Below, piece after piece: positions 1 to 10,816 of a stretch of 64,000 nucleotides of DNA. Every line of letters begins with the position of its first letter. The stretch's first letter is position 1. The notes below the pieces were generated by a model. That model worked only from the letters and a program-made list of their open reading frames with translations, was not told where the DNA came from and made no database searches. This DNA is from Nemertoderma westbladi (taxonomy: Eukaryota > Animalia > Xenacoelomorpha), in NCBI GenBank assembly GCA_032718475.1, contig JAUCBJ010008224.1:16448-80447 (forward strand), in the 5' to 3' direction. The position numbers and the translations under genes are program-made.

Positions 1-2
1 AG

Positions 3-1280
3 ACAGTAAGAAATGAACCCTGGCTTACCCAGAATGGTACCTTTCTAATTTATGACTTTATACATTTGTTCAAATGTATTCGCAATAACTGGATCACAGA
101 AAAATCGAAAACTATCGAATTTGATGGATGTGTAGCGAAATGGTCCTGTATTGAAAGTCTCTTTGAACGAGAAAAGGCATCATCAATAAAGATTGCCCAT
201 CGATTGACACAGAAGGCAGTGTACCCAAAGTCTATTGAAAGACAGGATGTTTCTGCTATGCTCCGTGTGTTTTGTGATGAAACTGTTGTTGCTCTTCGTA
301 CTCACGTTGATCCTACTGATGATGATAAAGAAACCGCAACTTTCATTGAGAAGTTCGTTCGCGCATTTAAGATACTTAACATTCGCAGTCGCAGTGAAGA
401 CCAGCACTTAAACGACCCACTGCGCCAACCATTTACCGACTCAAATGACCCACGACTCTCCGCGTTACTGATGCTGGCTAACCAAATCGACTCAATGGAT
501 TGCAAAAATGGCAACCTTCGCTGTCATACTTTTACTATTGATACTGCTAAGGCCATCTCTCATACATTTCGTGGCATTGTACATTTGATTCGCCATTGTC
601 TCAACAATGGTTTTCAATATGTACTCCCCGGTCAGTTTACCACTGATCCCCTGGAAAAGGCGTTTGGACGGATCCGACAGTCAGCAGGCGGTACTTATTT
701 CATATCTGCAGTCCAGGCAATGCAATATTACTCAATACAAAAGACCAAATTAATAACTGCATTGGATCAAGATTTTCTAGATTTTCAATCAACTAGCGTA
801 TCTCATAAATGTGATAACTGTGCTTTCATGCTAACTGAAGAGGACGCTGCAGTATTCGATTCCTTGTCAGCCCTTGAGGTTGACGAGTTGGCCTTCGACA
901 CAAAGTCTGCTTTGCTATATGTTGCTGGTTATATACAGCGTTATATTCCCAACGATGATGACGATGACACATACTTTTATGCAATGCAGTTTGGCGGCTT
1001 TCTTGGTGAACTAAATCGAGGGAAATTGGTTACACCATCCGATACCTTTGTCCAGTTTACATTCTTTGCTTACATCATGTTTATTAGTTTAAACAAGCAC
1101 AGACTATGTCGTTTTAGTTTAACCAATATTTTTGAAACAATTGCGGATAGTTATTTCGCCCCAGTCGTGCCAAAGGTGTGCTGTACCAGACTGTGCAACA
1201 TATTTCTTAATAATTACAGTGTATTAGTCACGCCTACAAGCTCAAAGGAAACATCAATTAAAGCATTCAAGTTGTGCTAA
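3..1280 (+). CDS. P-element superfamily (THAP9-like) transposase, C-terminal part; runs off the window start
   Basis: Frame is open from base 3 (TVRNEPWLTQNGTFLIYDFIHLFKCIRNNW). It has the P-family D-x2-H-L-x-K-x-IRNN motif, ERQDVSAMLRVF, and YVLPGQFTTDPLEKAFGRIRQSAGG (catalytic Glu region), followed by LLYVAGYI and RGKLVTPS, typical of P transposase C-termini. Confidence 0.88.
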   Translation, partial: TVRNEPWLTQNGTFLIYDFIHLFKCIRNNWITEKSKTIEFDGCVAKWSCIESLFEREKASSIKIAHRLTQKAVYPKSIERQDVSAMLRVFCDETVVALRTHVDPTDDDKETATFIEKFVRAFKILNIRSRSEDQHLNDPLRQPFTDSNDPRLSALLMLANQIDSMDCKNGNLRCHTFTIDTAKAISHTFRGIVHLIRHCLNNGFQYVLPGQFTTDPLEKAFGRIRQSAGGTYFISAVQAMQYYSIQKTKLITALDQDFLDFQSTSVSHKCDNCAFMLTEEDAAVFDSLSALEVDELAFDTKSALLYVAGYIQRYIPNDDDDDTYFYAMQFGGFLGELNRGKLVTPSDTFVQFTFFAYIMFISLNKHRLCRFSLTNIFETIADSYFAPVVPKVCCTRLCNIFLNNYSVLVTPTSSKETSIKAFKLC

Positions 1281-1405
1281 TGATATGTTTTTCAATTAAA
1301 GCATTCAAGTTGTGCTAATGATATGTTTTTCAATTAAAGCATTCAAGTTGTGCTAATGATATGTTTTTCAATTAAAGCATTCAAGTTGTGCTAATGATAT
1401 GTTTT
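1255..1405 (+). repeat. 38-bp tandem repeat x4 spanning the transposase stop codon
   Basis: CAATTAAAGCATTCAAGTTGTGCTAATGATATGTTTTT starts at 1255, 1293, 1331 and 1369. Confidence 0.95.
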
Positions 1406-1815
1406 ATTTATTGCCATACAGTAAAGTTAATTACGTTAAGTGTGAAGTTATCAGGCTAGGTATAAAGTAACAGCATAAGTGTAAAGTTATCACCCAAAAT
1501 TTAAAGTGCTGCTTAACAAAGAAAATTTATAATAAATTTTTATTCTAGGGAAGCAATGGATGTGATTTTTAAATAAGACCAATTTCAATTAATTATAATC
1601 CAGCAGATTAACAGACAAACTGTAATAAATGACATAAAGTTTAATTAAAGTTTCATAACGTATGCATGCATCCTACGGAAAAAGTATTTAGTGCATAGTT
1701 ATCAGGTTTTGTGATGATGACACCACCAATAATAGTATAGGTAGGTTATTAAAGGTCGGCCGCCAAGTCAGAATCGACCTGCACGTTGGCATGGCCTGTA
1801 ATATAGTAGGCTATG

Positions 1816-3575
1816 ATTACGGGACATGGTGTACATTTATCAGTACAAAGTGTAGTGATCTAGCTAGCTATAATAATAATTGTTTGTTGTGTTGCCTAGC
1901 AACATATCCAGAATCCTTAGCTGGGAAACCTTGCAACTAACGTTCTAGTTCCAGGGTTGCCACATGGCTCCCCCCAGCGGAGGGCACTGAAGTGATGATG
2001 CCTAGAACCCATAATAGTTCGAAGGCTTTATTATACGGCTTGAACGTAAAACTTGTTCCATTGTTGCTGGGGTTGGCGCCGGTGAGTGGTATGTGGGTGA
2101 GGGTGTACCGGTTAGCAGCGCTGGATTTGGAGCTGTGGTCGACCACTCCGATTTATACGCTACTTTGAGTCTGTCGACACAGACAGAGTCTTGTTTACCA
2201 TTGATGTGGAGTAAGAATAATTTATCACCCGCCTTCAAGACTTTGAATGAACCTGAATAGGGCCGCTCCATGGGTCCGTGGTGCTTGTCTACTCGGACAT
2301 AAACGAATCCAGTTGATTATAAATGGTTTAGAAAGTGTTCATGTTGTCGGCCATGTTAGTTGAAAGGCGGAGGGAGTGCGGAATACATAGCAGTTTGAAG
2401 ACGTAGCAGGAATTCGTTATCTGGAGAGTCAGTAGGAGATCCGCCCTGTAGACACTGCCCTGGGAGGTGTAGAGCTGTGTCGTAAACAAGGTCGACAGCT
2501 GAGCAGTTGATGTCTTCACTCCAGGCAGTCCGCATTCCGAGGAGAACGAGGGGTAACTCATCCATCCAGTGTGGGTTGTTGGGGCGAGCCTTTAAGGCAG
2601 CTTTAAGTTGACGGTGCATACGCTATACAATACCGTTAGCCTGAGGGTGATAGGCTGTAGTGGATGAGGCAGAGATGCCTAGAAGTTGATGTAGCTTCGA
2701 CCATAAGTGCGAAGTGAATTGGGATCCGCGATACGAATTACCTTTTGATTCAGGGAGGGGTCCCACAAGGTCAACACGGAGACTGGCAAACCGTCGGTCG
2801 GGTTGTGGCCCATGTGTAAGTGGGGCATGTACATGACGTTACACTTTGAATGCCTGGCACAGATGGCACTCTCGGCACCATCTTCTGACATCAGATTTTA
2901 GTTTGTGCCAAACAATTCCTGGAGGAGATGGCGCGTTGCATTGGACGGCAACCAGTATGTGCCAGGTTGTGAATTGAGGTGAAAATGTGCTTAGTCCATG
3001 TAGCTGGCACTATGGGACGATTGTTGCCTGTAGAAATGTCGCACAGGACGAAAGAGACATCTTTGAGGTTGAGGCCAGATATAGCTGTCCGATAGGATGC
3101 GATTTCGTCGGAAGAAACCTGGTCAGCTGCCAATTGGCGGTAATCATTAGTCGGAATATGAATCTGCGGAGACTGTTGGACTGACTACACAAGAGCATCT
3201 GCAACCATATTGATATGGCGAACATCGGTGGTAAACTCTGATATGTATGAGAGTTGTCGAGTTTGTCGTGGTGATCTGTCGCTGGAGATCGTGTCTGTCG
3301 AAGCAGTCCCGATGGTGTACGGTCCCCAAGACCAGATAATGAGAGTAATTCGTTGTCTTTGACCGCTTGAGATTTACCGAAGGTTTTGATAAGGGCTGTC
3401 TTCAAAGTTTCATTGCGATCAGCAACTGGAGGGCTGAAGATAATCGATCTAACTTATTTAGCAGTGGCATTGTCCAGAGCTGCAACGATGTAATTAAACT
3501 TTATCTTGTCGACAGTAATCGGGGGTGTTCTCGTTTCAAACTGACCCTCCACTGATTTAATATAGCGAAGTCCGT
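1816..3575 (-). mobile_element. Degenerate Ty3/Gypsy LTR retrotransposon (gag, RNase H end, integrase, PPT, start of 3' LTR), internally deleted
   Basis: Minus-strand frames give gag VEGQFETRTPPITVDKIKFNYIVAALD...LKTALIKTFGKSQ...LGDRTPSGLLR (~3290-3555), RNase H end SPRQTRQLSYISEFTTDVRHINMVADAL (~3190-3280), integrase HRQLKAALKAR..WMDELPLVLLGMRT and a GPY/F-like ERPYSGSFKVL..VCVDRLK. PPT CTGGGGGGAGCCA (1965-1977) is followed by the LTR start TGTGGC at 1964. There are multiple frameshifts. Confidence 0.85.
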
Positions 3576-4090
3576 TCCATATAAATTTATAATTAATGTT
3601 TGCTATTTATGTTGTCAATAATTCCGATATATTATAACTGAAGTATTTCATTAAATAAAAACAAATTGTGACGTAGTGAAGTCAATAAATTATGTCATAA
3701 AAAAGCTTTAGCTTACTGTAGAACAAGGTCAATCAAATTAAATTGTTCTATAAAAAAATCTTTGATATTTTAAAAAACTCATAATAATAAAAAATGGTGA
3801 TCAAGGGTTATTATTTGAAATTTAATTCCAGAAAGCTACTGGACACAGTAAAAATATTCAAACGCTTACAATGTTTAATAATATATTTTGTAGATCACAT
3901 AGGATATCGGCGGTCAATTGTCCTAGTTCCGTCCTAGTAAGACCCTTTACCTAAGTAGTACCCTTTGTTCTAGTTGACCCTTTGTCCTACCCTTTGAGCA
4001 TCAGGTAATTTTTCCTACCTGATAAAGTTTTACAACATAGTATATTTACCAGTTTCTGTGTTTAACATTAGTGTTTATTTGTTGTTGCAG

Positions 4091-4308
4091 CTAAGCATTG
4101 GAATGTTTTGGAGCACACAGGCAGACTCCTAGCTTTCCCCGAGACGGTGCGTCGAGACATTCAGACAATAAACGCCATGTCGTCATTGTCGGTTATGTCC
4201 GTTACGACGCCGGTAGAAGGAACAACTACGAGCGGACTGTCTGATTCGATGGTTGACACCCCAACCCCGGAAGATTTAAAACCAATCTCAACCACAACAA
4301 ACTCCTGA
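4091..4308 (+). CDS. Possible terminal coding exon of an unidentified host gene
   Basis: Acceptor-like TTTATTTGTTGTTGCAG ends at 4090. It is followed by a GC-richer open frame (KHWNVLEHTGRLLAFPETVRRDIQ... then Ser/Thr-rich) to TGA at 4308. No recognisable domain. Confidence 0.25.
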
Positions 4309-4334
4309 TGATAAATCTGTCTGTCCGCCAATAG

Positions 4335-5377
4335 TAGGGTTGGTGCGCGAAAATATTGTTGGCCTAGAAACAATTGAATAAGGGGTAACAAGATGCCCTG
4401 AATCGAGTGGCGGGGTGTTTTTTATTTTAAAAACACGATGAAACAGTCGAAATTGCGGGTTTAAGCAAGTAATCACGGCAAGACAATTTTTAAATCGGCT
4501 GTGATTGGCTGCTACATATTTTACGTCACTACGCAGTGCTCAGATAAATTCTTATATTGGTTTCTATGGAGGGTGATTTTAGTTCCATTAAAATACACAT
4601 TTATTCTACATCATTTCACATGTGGGTTATATCAATTGAAAGCTCAACTGAAAATAGAACTTGAAATATCAATTGAACATTGAAATGTTCATGATCATGA
4701 ATTTAAGGTCTGTTTATTTAATCTTCATACTGTAATACAGTATTTATAATATTAATATCTATCTGTCTGTTTTACTTGCACCAGCGCGCCTTCTTATCAA
4801 GATTCAACCTTCTTATCAATCGATGAAGCAGACTGAGATTAACGAGGCAGAATTTCTTAGAATAATCAAGAAAACTAATCTCTATTAGCGAAAGGAGATT
4901 TAAATTTAAAATTGAATGAATTAAGATGAACTTTTTTATAATACGATAGATCATAATAATTATAAATACTGTATTACAGTATGAAGATTAAATAAACAGA
5001 CCTTAAATTCATGATCATGAACATTTCAATGTTCAATTGATATTTCAAGTTCTATTTTCAGTTGAGCTTTCAATTGATATAACCCACATGTAACCCACAA
5101 ATGATGTACAATAAATGTGTATTTTAATGGAACTAAAATCACCCTCCATAGAAACCAATATAAGAATTTATCTGAGCACTGCGTAGTGACGTCAAATATG
5201 TAGCAGCCAATCACAGCCGGTTTTCAAAATTGGCTTCCCGGGTTTACTTAAACCCGCTATTTCGACCGTTTCCTGGTACTTTTACAAAAAACACACCCCT
5301 GACACTCAATTCAGGGCACCTTGTTTCCCCTTATTCGATTGTTTCTAGGCCAACAATTTTTTCGCGCACCAACCCTA
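4335..5377. mobile_element. Fold-back non-autonomous DNA transposon (MITE) with ~430-bp inverted arms and ~180-bp spacer
   Basis: 4335-~4763 is the imperfect reverse complement of ~4945-5377 (TAGGGTTGGTGCGCGAAAA...TTTTCGCGCACCAACCCTA). TAG flanks both sides (4332-4334, 5378-5380). The mirror ORFs at 4501+ and 5026- reflect the symmetry. Confidence 0.9.
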
Positions 5378-8300
5378 TAGTGCCGGAGATAATTTTAGGA
5401 ATAAACATTCAATGTCTTTCTACTGTTTATGTTCACATGTTTGGGCGAAATAAACTGACCAGGAAATTTGAGGCCCTTATTTGTTTGGTTTAGTTTGTAA
5501 AACTCTATTTGTTCCAGCATTTAGCGTTGTTTTTGCGTAATCAAGTAATACATTACTTTATATTAAATATTTGTATAAGACTAAAGTGAAATACGTCGTG
5601 TGGTATTCTCTCAATAGTTAATACAAAGTCATGTTGTTTTCGTAGATAATTTCTATAATTATCTTATTACAGTTTAAATGATTTTCCTAATTTATTGATA
5701 AGAGAGCTAATCAATGGCAGACTGTAGTGTATCAGACTCAAAGGGTTACAAAAGAAAACAGTAATTAATTATTGATTTGAGACTGACCAACATACCCTAA
5801 TAAAGGAGAATTAAATTGATAGAAAGTTCTTTACGTAATGGCATTCCCAAATACGGGGGGGGGGGGGGGGGGGGCGCGTATGGAGTCAAAACCCATTTCA
5901 ACGAATGACGACTTTGTATCGGCGAATTTATGTTAATTATTAATAAAGGGGAAGGTGTTAACGTTCGTTTATTGTTTTTATTTTATCCACCGGAACCATC
6001 AGTGACCTCATATACACACTTTTCCTTTTCTGAGGCGTTGGATACATTTCTAATGCTAATACTAACTAATGCTAATAATAACTCTAATTTTTCGGCGTAA
6101 TATGGCAAATTTTGGTTTGAGGTTACAAGTTTGAGATGAGATAGTTATAACAAAAAACCACGCGGGGGCCTCCCCCTTAATCCAGGCCTGGTAATCCCAG
6201 GCCTAACAGCCGAAGAAAACTTTAATTAACTTTACTTATAATTATATTTGAATATGTGTGGCAGTGCCAGTTGAATGGCAACCAGCCACTGAGCCAACAT
6301 GTTTTGGGCGCGCCGCGGTGCGTCATGATGTGGTTGTGTACAGTCTTGGTCTGTAAACTCCCACGCGCCCCATCCCGGTATGTTTAACGCGTTCTTACAA
6401 GTGTTTGATTGTTTGTGCGACACCTACCCCCCTTACAAGTGAGGGACAGCATTGCTAATACAGTAGGTTTAAAGGAACAAGCCACTTCAAATACCTTAAA
6501 TGGTAGATTATTGAGTACCAGCTTCCTCTGGGAGTATATTTCTGGGGGGACCTCACTGGAAATAAGTAGACTTTGTGTGTAATCCCCGGACTAACGGCCG
6601 AAGAAATTAGAATAATTTTTTTTTACATTCTATTAAGTTAGAATAATACAAATATGGCATAATCCAGACACACTATTGAGTTAGTACCGTTACTTCAATC
6701 TAAACTGTAGCAAGGCAAAGCAAAGCATGTTCGTGCATCACAGTACATACTAAAGAACAACAGATGATCCTTAAAATACTAGTTTCCTATATAAAATACA
6801 ATTCTTAATTTAAATATGGGTTATTAAAAAATAATTAATCATAATTATGATTATTTGATTATTTTGATTATTTGAGAATATAATTTCTCAAACTCAGTAT
6901 CATTTCTCAAACCTTTTACTAATGATAGTCAACGGAGAATTTCGGTTGGTGATGTTAGAGTTGAGAAATCAGAACAACCCAGCCATCTCAAACTAACTCA
7001 CACTAAACACTGGCGCCACGGTTTGAGTTACATAGGTTGACTTTCAACAGTCCATACTCAGCATTCCTGTTAGGTAATTAATTACTCTGGTTGAGTGAGA
7101 CACCACATGGAAGGCAAGGGGCCTCTGTGCTCTGTCTGCTGCTTGGGCTCTGAGTTAATGGGCTGAATTACATAAGCTGGGCAGGCCCGGTTTGTAGGTG
7201 TGGTTCATAGAAGACATGTCAATCAATTCGTTCCTTATTTGTGGGAGCCACTACTGGCATTGTTTAAACGTGCCTGTGTAGAGAAGGTTTGAATAAGTAA
7301 TTTCATGAATTTTGTTGCGGTGCACCACCCCAACAAATAAAGTCACATCTGTGCGAGACTCAGTCTCCCTGCCTTTGGATATATATTGCATAGCCTACAA
7401 GAGGCCATGCCTTTGACTGTCTGACTCTTGTTATTAACCTACTGGTACCGGTGCCCACTGTACCTACAGTATATCACATACCTGTCCGCATGTCGCCATC
7501 GTGCAATAAGTACTGCTGTATGTTGTTTATTCAGTCTTGCTGTATTGACGTTACAGCGTTATGTACCTGTAACAACTGCTGTTACATATAACTACAACTG
7601 ATCTACATATATTTTATTATTATATACTGTATGTTCGGGTCCGTGATAGTTGGAGTTTACCTTGGAGTTCATCCGTGGTGGCACGGATGAGGGAGGGGGT
7701 AAGAAAAGGGGGAAGGATCTAAAAATAGCACCTAATAGGAAGCTTCTAGCTTCTTGCATTGCTACGGCTACCGGTACCTTGCTTGGCCTCTAGGCTGGCA
7801 TAACCCTTATTTTCGCATGCAAATAAAAACGCGTTTTTGTGCAGTGATGTTATACGATATTATAATTAAACTAACTGCACTAACTATCTCACATTTATTT
7901 AATAATATATGGTAAAAAAAAGCAACCAACCTAGTAATTACAATAATTTACAATAGTTATCGAATGTTCTAGGATGTAAATACTTAGTGTTGCTGCGCGA
8001 TTAATGTAGTCGCAGTGCTACTAACAATAATCCTATCGGCTGACCTGGACAATAAACTATTACCGCCAGGGTTTATGCAGTGGCTCTAATATACAGTCAG
8101 TATGGCAACAAATCAATGGGGAGTTTGAGAAATTGAAAAAGATGCTTGTATTAATATCAAGACTTAGGTTTCGTACTGGCGAATAACGCATTCCTATTCC
8201 CAAAATTGCTAACAATCAATCTCTCCCTCAGAGAGAATTCCTGCAATAACCTGCTCCCTCTAGTACAGAGAAGAGACAGAGTCTACAAGGGTCCCGGCAG

Positions 8301-9009
8301 CCTACGTAATGCAGACGGCTTTAGAAGGAAGGAGATAGTCGAAAGATTGCAGTTTTTTTTGGAAGGAAATTTATTCAGAGTTGCTCAGGTCGTTATTATT
8401 TATATAATTTATAATATTATATTCAAAATTATACCGTAAACGATATACTAATTACTAATATTCAATATGTAGGATTGATTGCCCTATTCTAGCCGTAAGA
8501 ATACAAAAGTCTCTCCCGCTGTATTTCAGAATAATGAGCCCAGCTGTCGAGCTGACTATTGTATTTAAAAAAAAACTATCAATTAATCTATATAGTTGGC
8601 GATAATTGTTACTGTAGGTCAATAATACAGTATAGCCACGGCATTTATTGGCTTTCCATTATGCGGACAGATATGCCACCTAACATACTTCTAGATTGAG
8701 ATTACAATACAATGCACAACTTAATTAACTCACACCACCAATAATCAACTTACAATAATTAAATAAACCTATTAGTAAGTATAGTTACAATCTCTCGATA
8801 AATCGAATCACATATTAAATAAGCATAAAACTCAACTGAACTGAAATATAATTCTTCGTTTACAAATAAATATGAATATAGCACAATAAAGAAAAGGTCG
8901 GGATGATTATTGCCACGCGCAGCGGCGCCAACACTTAGCATTATTTTATAGGAAACGATTATCAAAAAACGTTATAGTTCTAGATTCTTGTAAAAAAAAA
9001 AAGGGTAGA

Positions 9010-10200
9010 GGAGGTTGGGTGCGGTTAAGTAGACGTGCTTAGTTTGGTGTGTGGGTGCGTTAAAGTAGACGTGCTGAGGTGTGTGGGTGGGAGCGGGTAA
9101 GTAGACGTGCTTAAGTAGGTGGGTGTGTGTGGGTAAGTATACGTGCTTAGGTGGGTGGGTGCGGTGAAGTAGACGTGCTTGGGTGGGTGCGGTTAAGTAG
9201 GTGTGCTTAGGTGGGTGGGTGGGTGTGGTTAAGTCGACGTGCTTAGGTGGGTGCGGTTAACTAGGTGTGCTTAGTTAGGTGGGTGGGTGCGGGTAACTAT
9301 ACGTGCTTATGTGGGTGGGAGCGGTTAAGTAGACGTGTTTAGGTGTGTGGGTGGGAGCGGATAAGTAAACGAGCTTAAGTAGGTGGGTGGGTGCGGTTAA
9401 GTAGACGTGCTTAGGTGGGTGGGTGCGGTTAAGTAGACGTGCTTGGGTGGGTGGGTGGGTGCTGTTAAGTAGGTGTGCTTAGGTGGGTGGGTGGGTGTGG
9501 TTAATTAGACATGCTTAGGTGGGTGCGGTTAACTAGGTGTGCTTAGTTAGGTGGGTGGGTGCGGGTAAGTATACGTGATTAGGTGGGTGGGAGCGGTTAA
9601 GTAGACGTGTTTAGGTGTGTGGGTGGGAGCGGGTAAGTAAACGTGCTTAAGTAGGTGGGTGGGTGCGGTTAGGTAGACGTGCTTAGGTGGGTGGGTGCGG
9701 TTAAGTAGACGTGCTTGGGTGGGTGGGTGGGTGCGGTTAAGTAGGTGTGCTTAGGTGGGTGGGTGGGTGTGGTTAATTAGACATGCTTAGGTGGGTGCGG
9801 TTAACTAGGTGTGCTTAGTTAGGTGGGTGGGTGCGGGAAAGTATACGTGCTTAGGTGGGTTGGGTGGGTGGGTGCGGTTAAGTAGACGTGTTTAGGTGTG
9901 TGGGTGGGAGTGGGTAAGTAAACGTGCTTAAGTAGGTGGGTGGGTGCGGGTAAGTAGACGTGCTTATGTGGGTGGGTGCGGTTAAGTAGACGTGCTTGGG
10001 TGAGTGCGGTTAAGTAGACGTGCTTAGGAGGGTGGGTGGGTGGGTGCGGTTAAGTAGGTGTGCTTAGGCGGGTGGGTGGGTGCAGTTAAGTCGTGCTTAG
10101 GTGGGTGGGAGGATACGTGTAAGTAGGTTATGTAGGAATGGGTATGTATGGATGGTTAAGTACAGTAGGTGTGTAATGATAGGTGGGTGGGTGGGGGTGA
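9010..10200 (+). repeat. G/T-rich minisatellite, ~27-35-bp unit (GTGGGTGGGTGCGGTTAAGTAGACGTGCTTAG), with ~272-bp higher-order period
   Basis: The unit is directly visible. The diagnostic variant AACTAGG recurs at 9259, 9531 and 9803 (272-bp spacing). Confidence 0.92.
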
Positions 10201-10816
10201 GTTTAGCACCTATTCAGTAGTATTACCACTTCTCAATAAGGTAGATAGATAGCTGTATGTTTACAGTATAGAACGGTCGTAAAATAAAGGCGTCCCATTG
10301 GATGCTATTTATAGATCCATACCCCTTTTCTTTCCCCCTCTTCCCCCTTTTCTTACGCGCTCTTACCCCCAGCACAGAGAAGATCTTCCCCCAGCTCGCG
10401 CGCAGCAAACTGCCTGTATTTCTCTGTGGAAAGTGAACGCCGAGTGCTAAGTCACCCGCACTGTCACGTGTCATGTCATGAAAATGACACTATGAGGGCG
10501 GAAGTTTAATTATTCTTTAATGTTTTATTATTATTTCATAATCACATACAATCTGACAATTCCACATACAAGTACACATTCAGACATTACGCATTACTTT
10601 AAACTGTTGTAGTACCGGTCAGACGGTACTTTATACAGTTAGCTTCAGAGCTTATGTCAGCAGGTCAGTGCCCGTCAACCCGTGCCGATACGTACCGCAG
10701 CCGGTAGGCCATACTTTCGGTGCAATGTAGCAATGCGGTTTCGGTTTCGGAGACCTCCACCTATTCTGCAGTACGGTACCGGTACTGTGTTCAGGCACTG
10801 CATATTGGTATTTATA

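Larger units (their letters stand above)
1..1815 (+). mobile_element. P-superfamily DNA transposon, right portion; candidate right terminus ...AGGCTATG at 1815
   Basis: The reverse complement of 1787-1815 (CATAGCCTACTATATTACAGGCCATGCCA) closely resembles the TIR of the P derivative at 14549-16802 (CAAGGCGTACTATATACAAGGCCA.GCCA). The left end is outside the window. Confidence 0.6.

Noticed and set aside
4501-5214. Two near-identical short ORFs on opposite strands
   Set aside because: They are a by-product of the MITE inverted arms and have non-ATG starts.
5855-5874. Poly-G runs (also ~16017-16045)
   Set aside because: Simple homopolymers, probably parts of truncated small repeats; their length is unreliable.
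7669-7690. Perfect 9-bp hairpin TCATCCGTG-GTGG-CACGGATGA (another 8-bp one at 4000-4023) as a Helitron 3' end or terminator
   Set aside because: No CTRR end at the expected distance and no other Helitron features.
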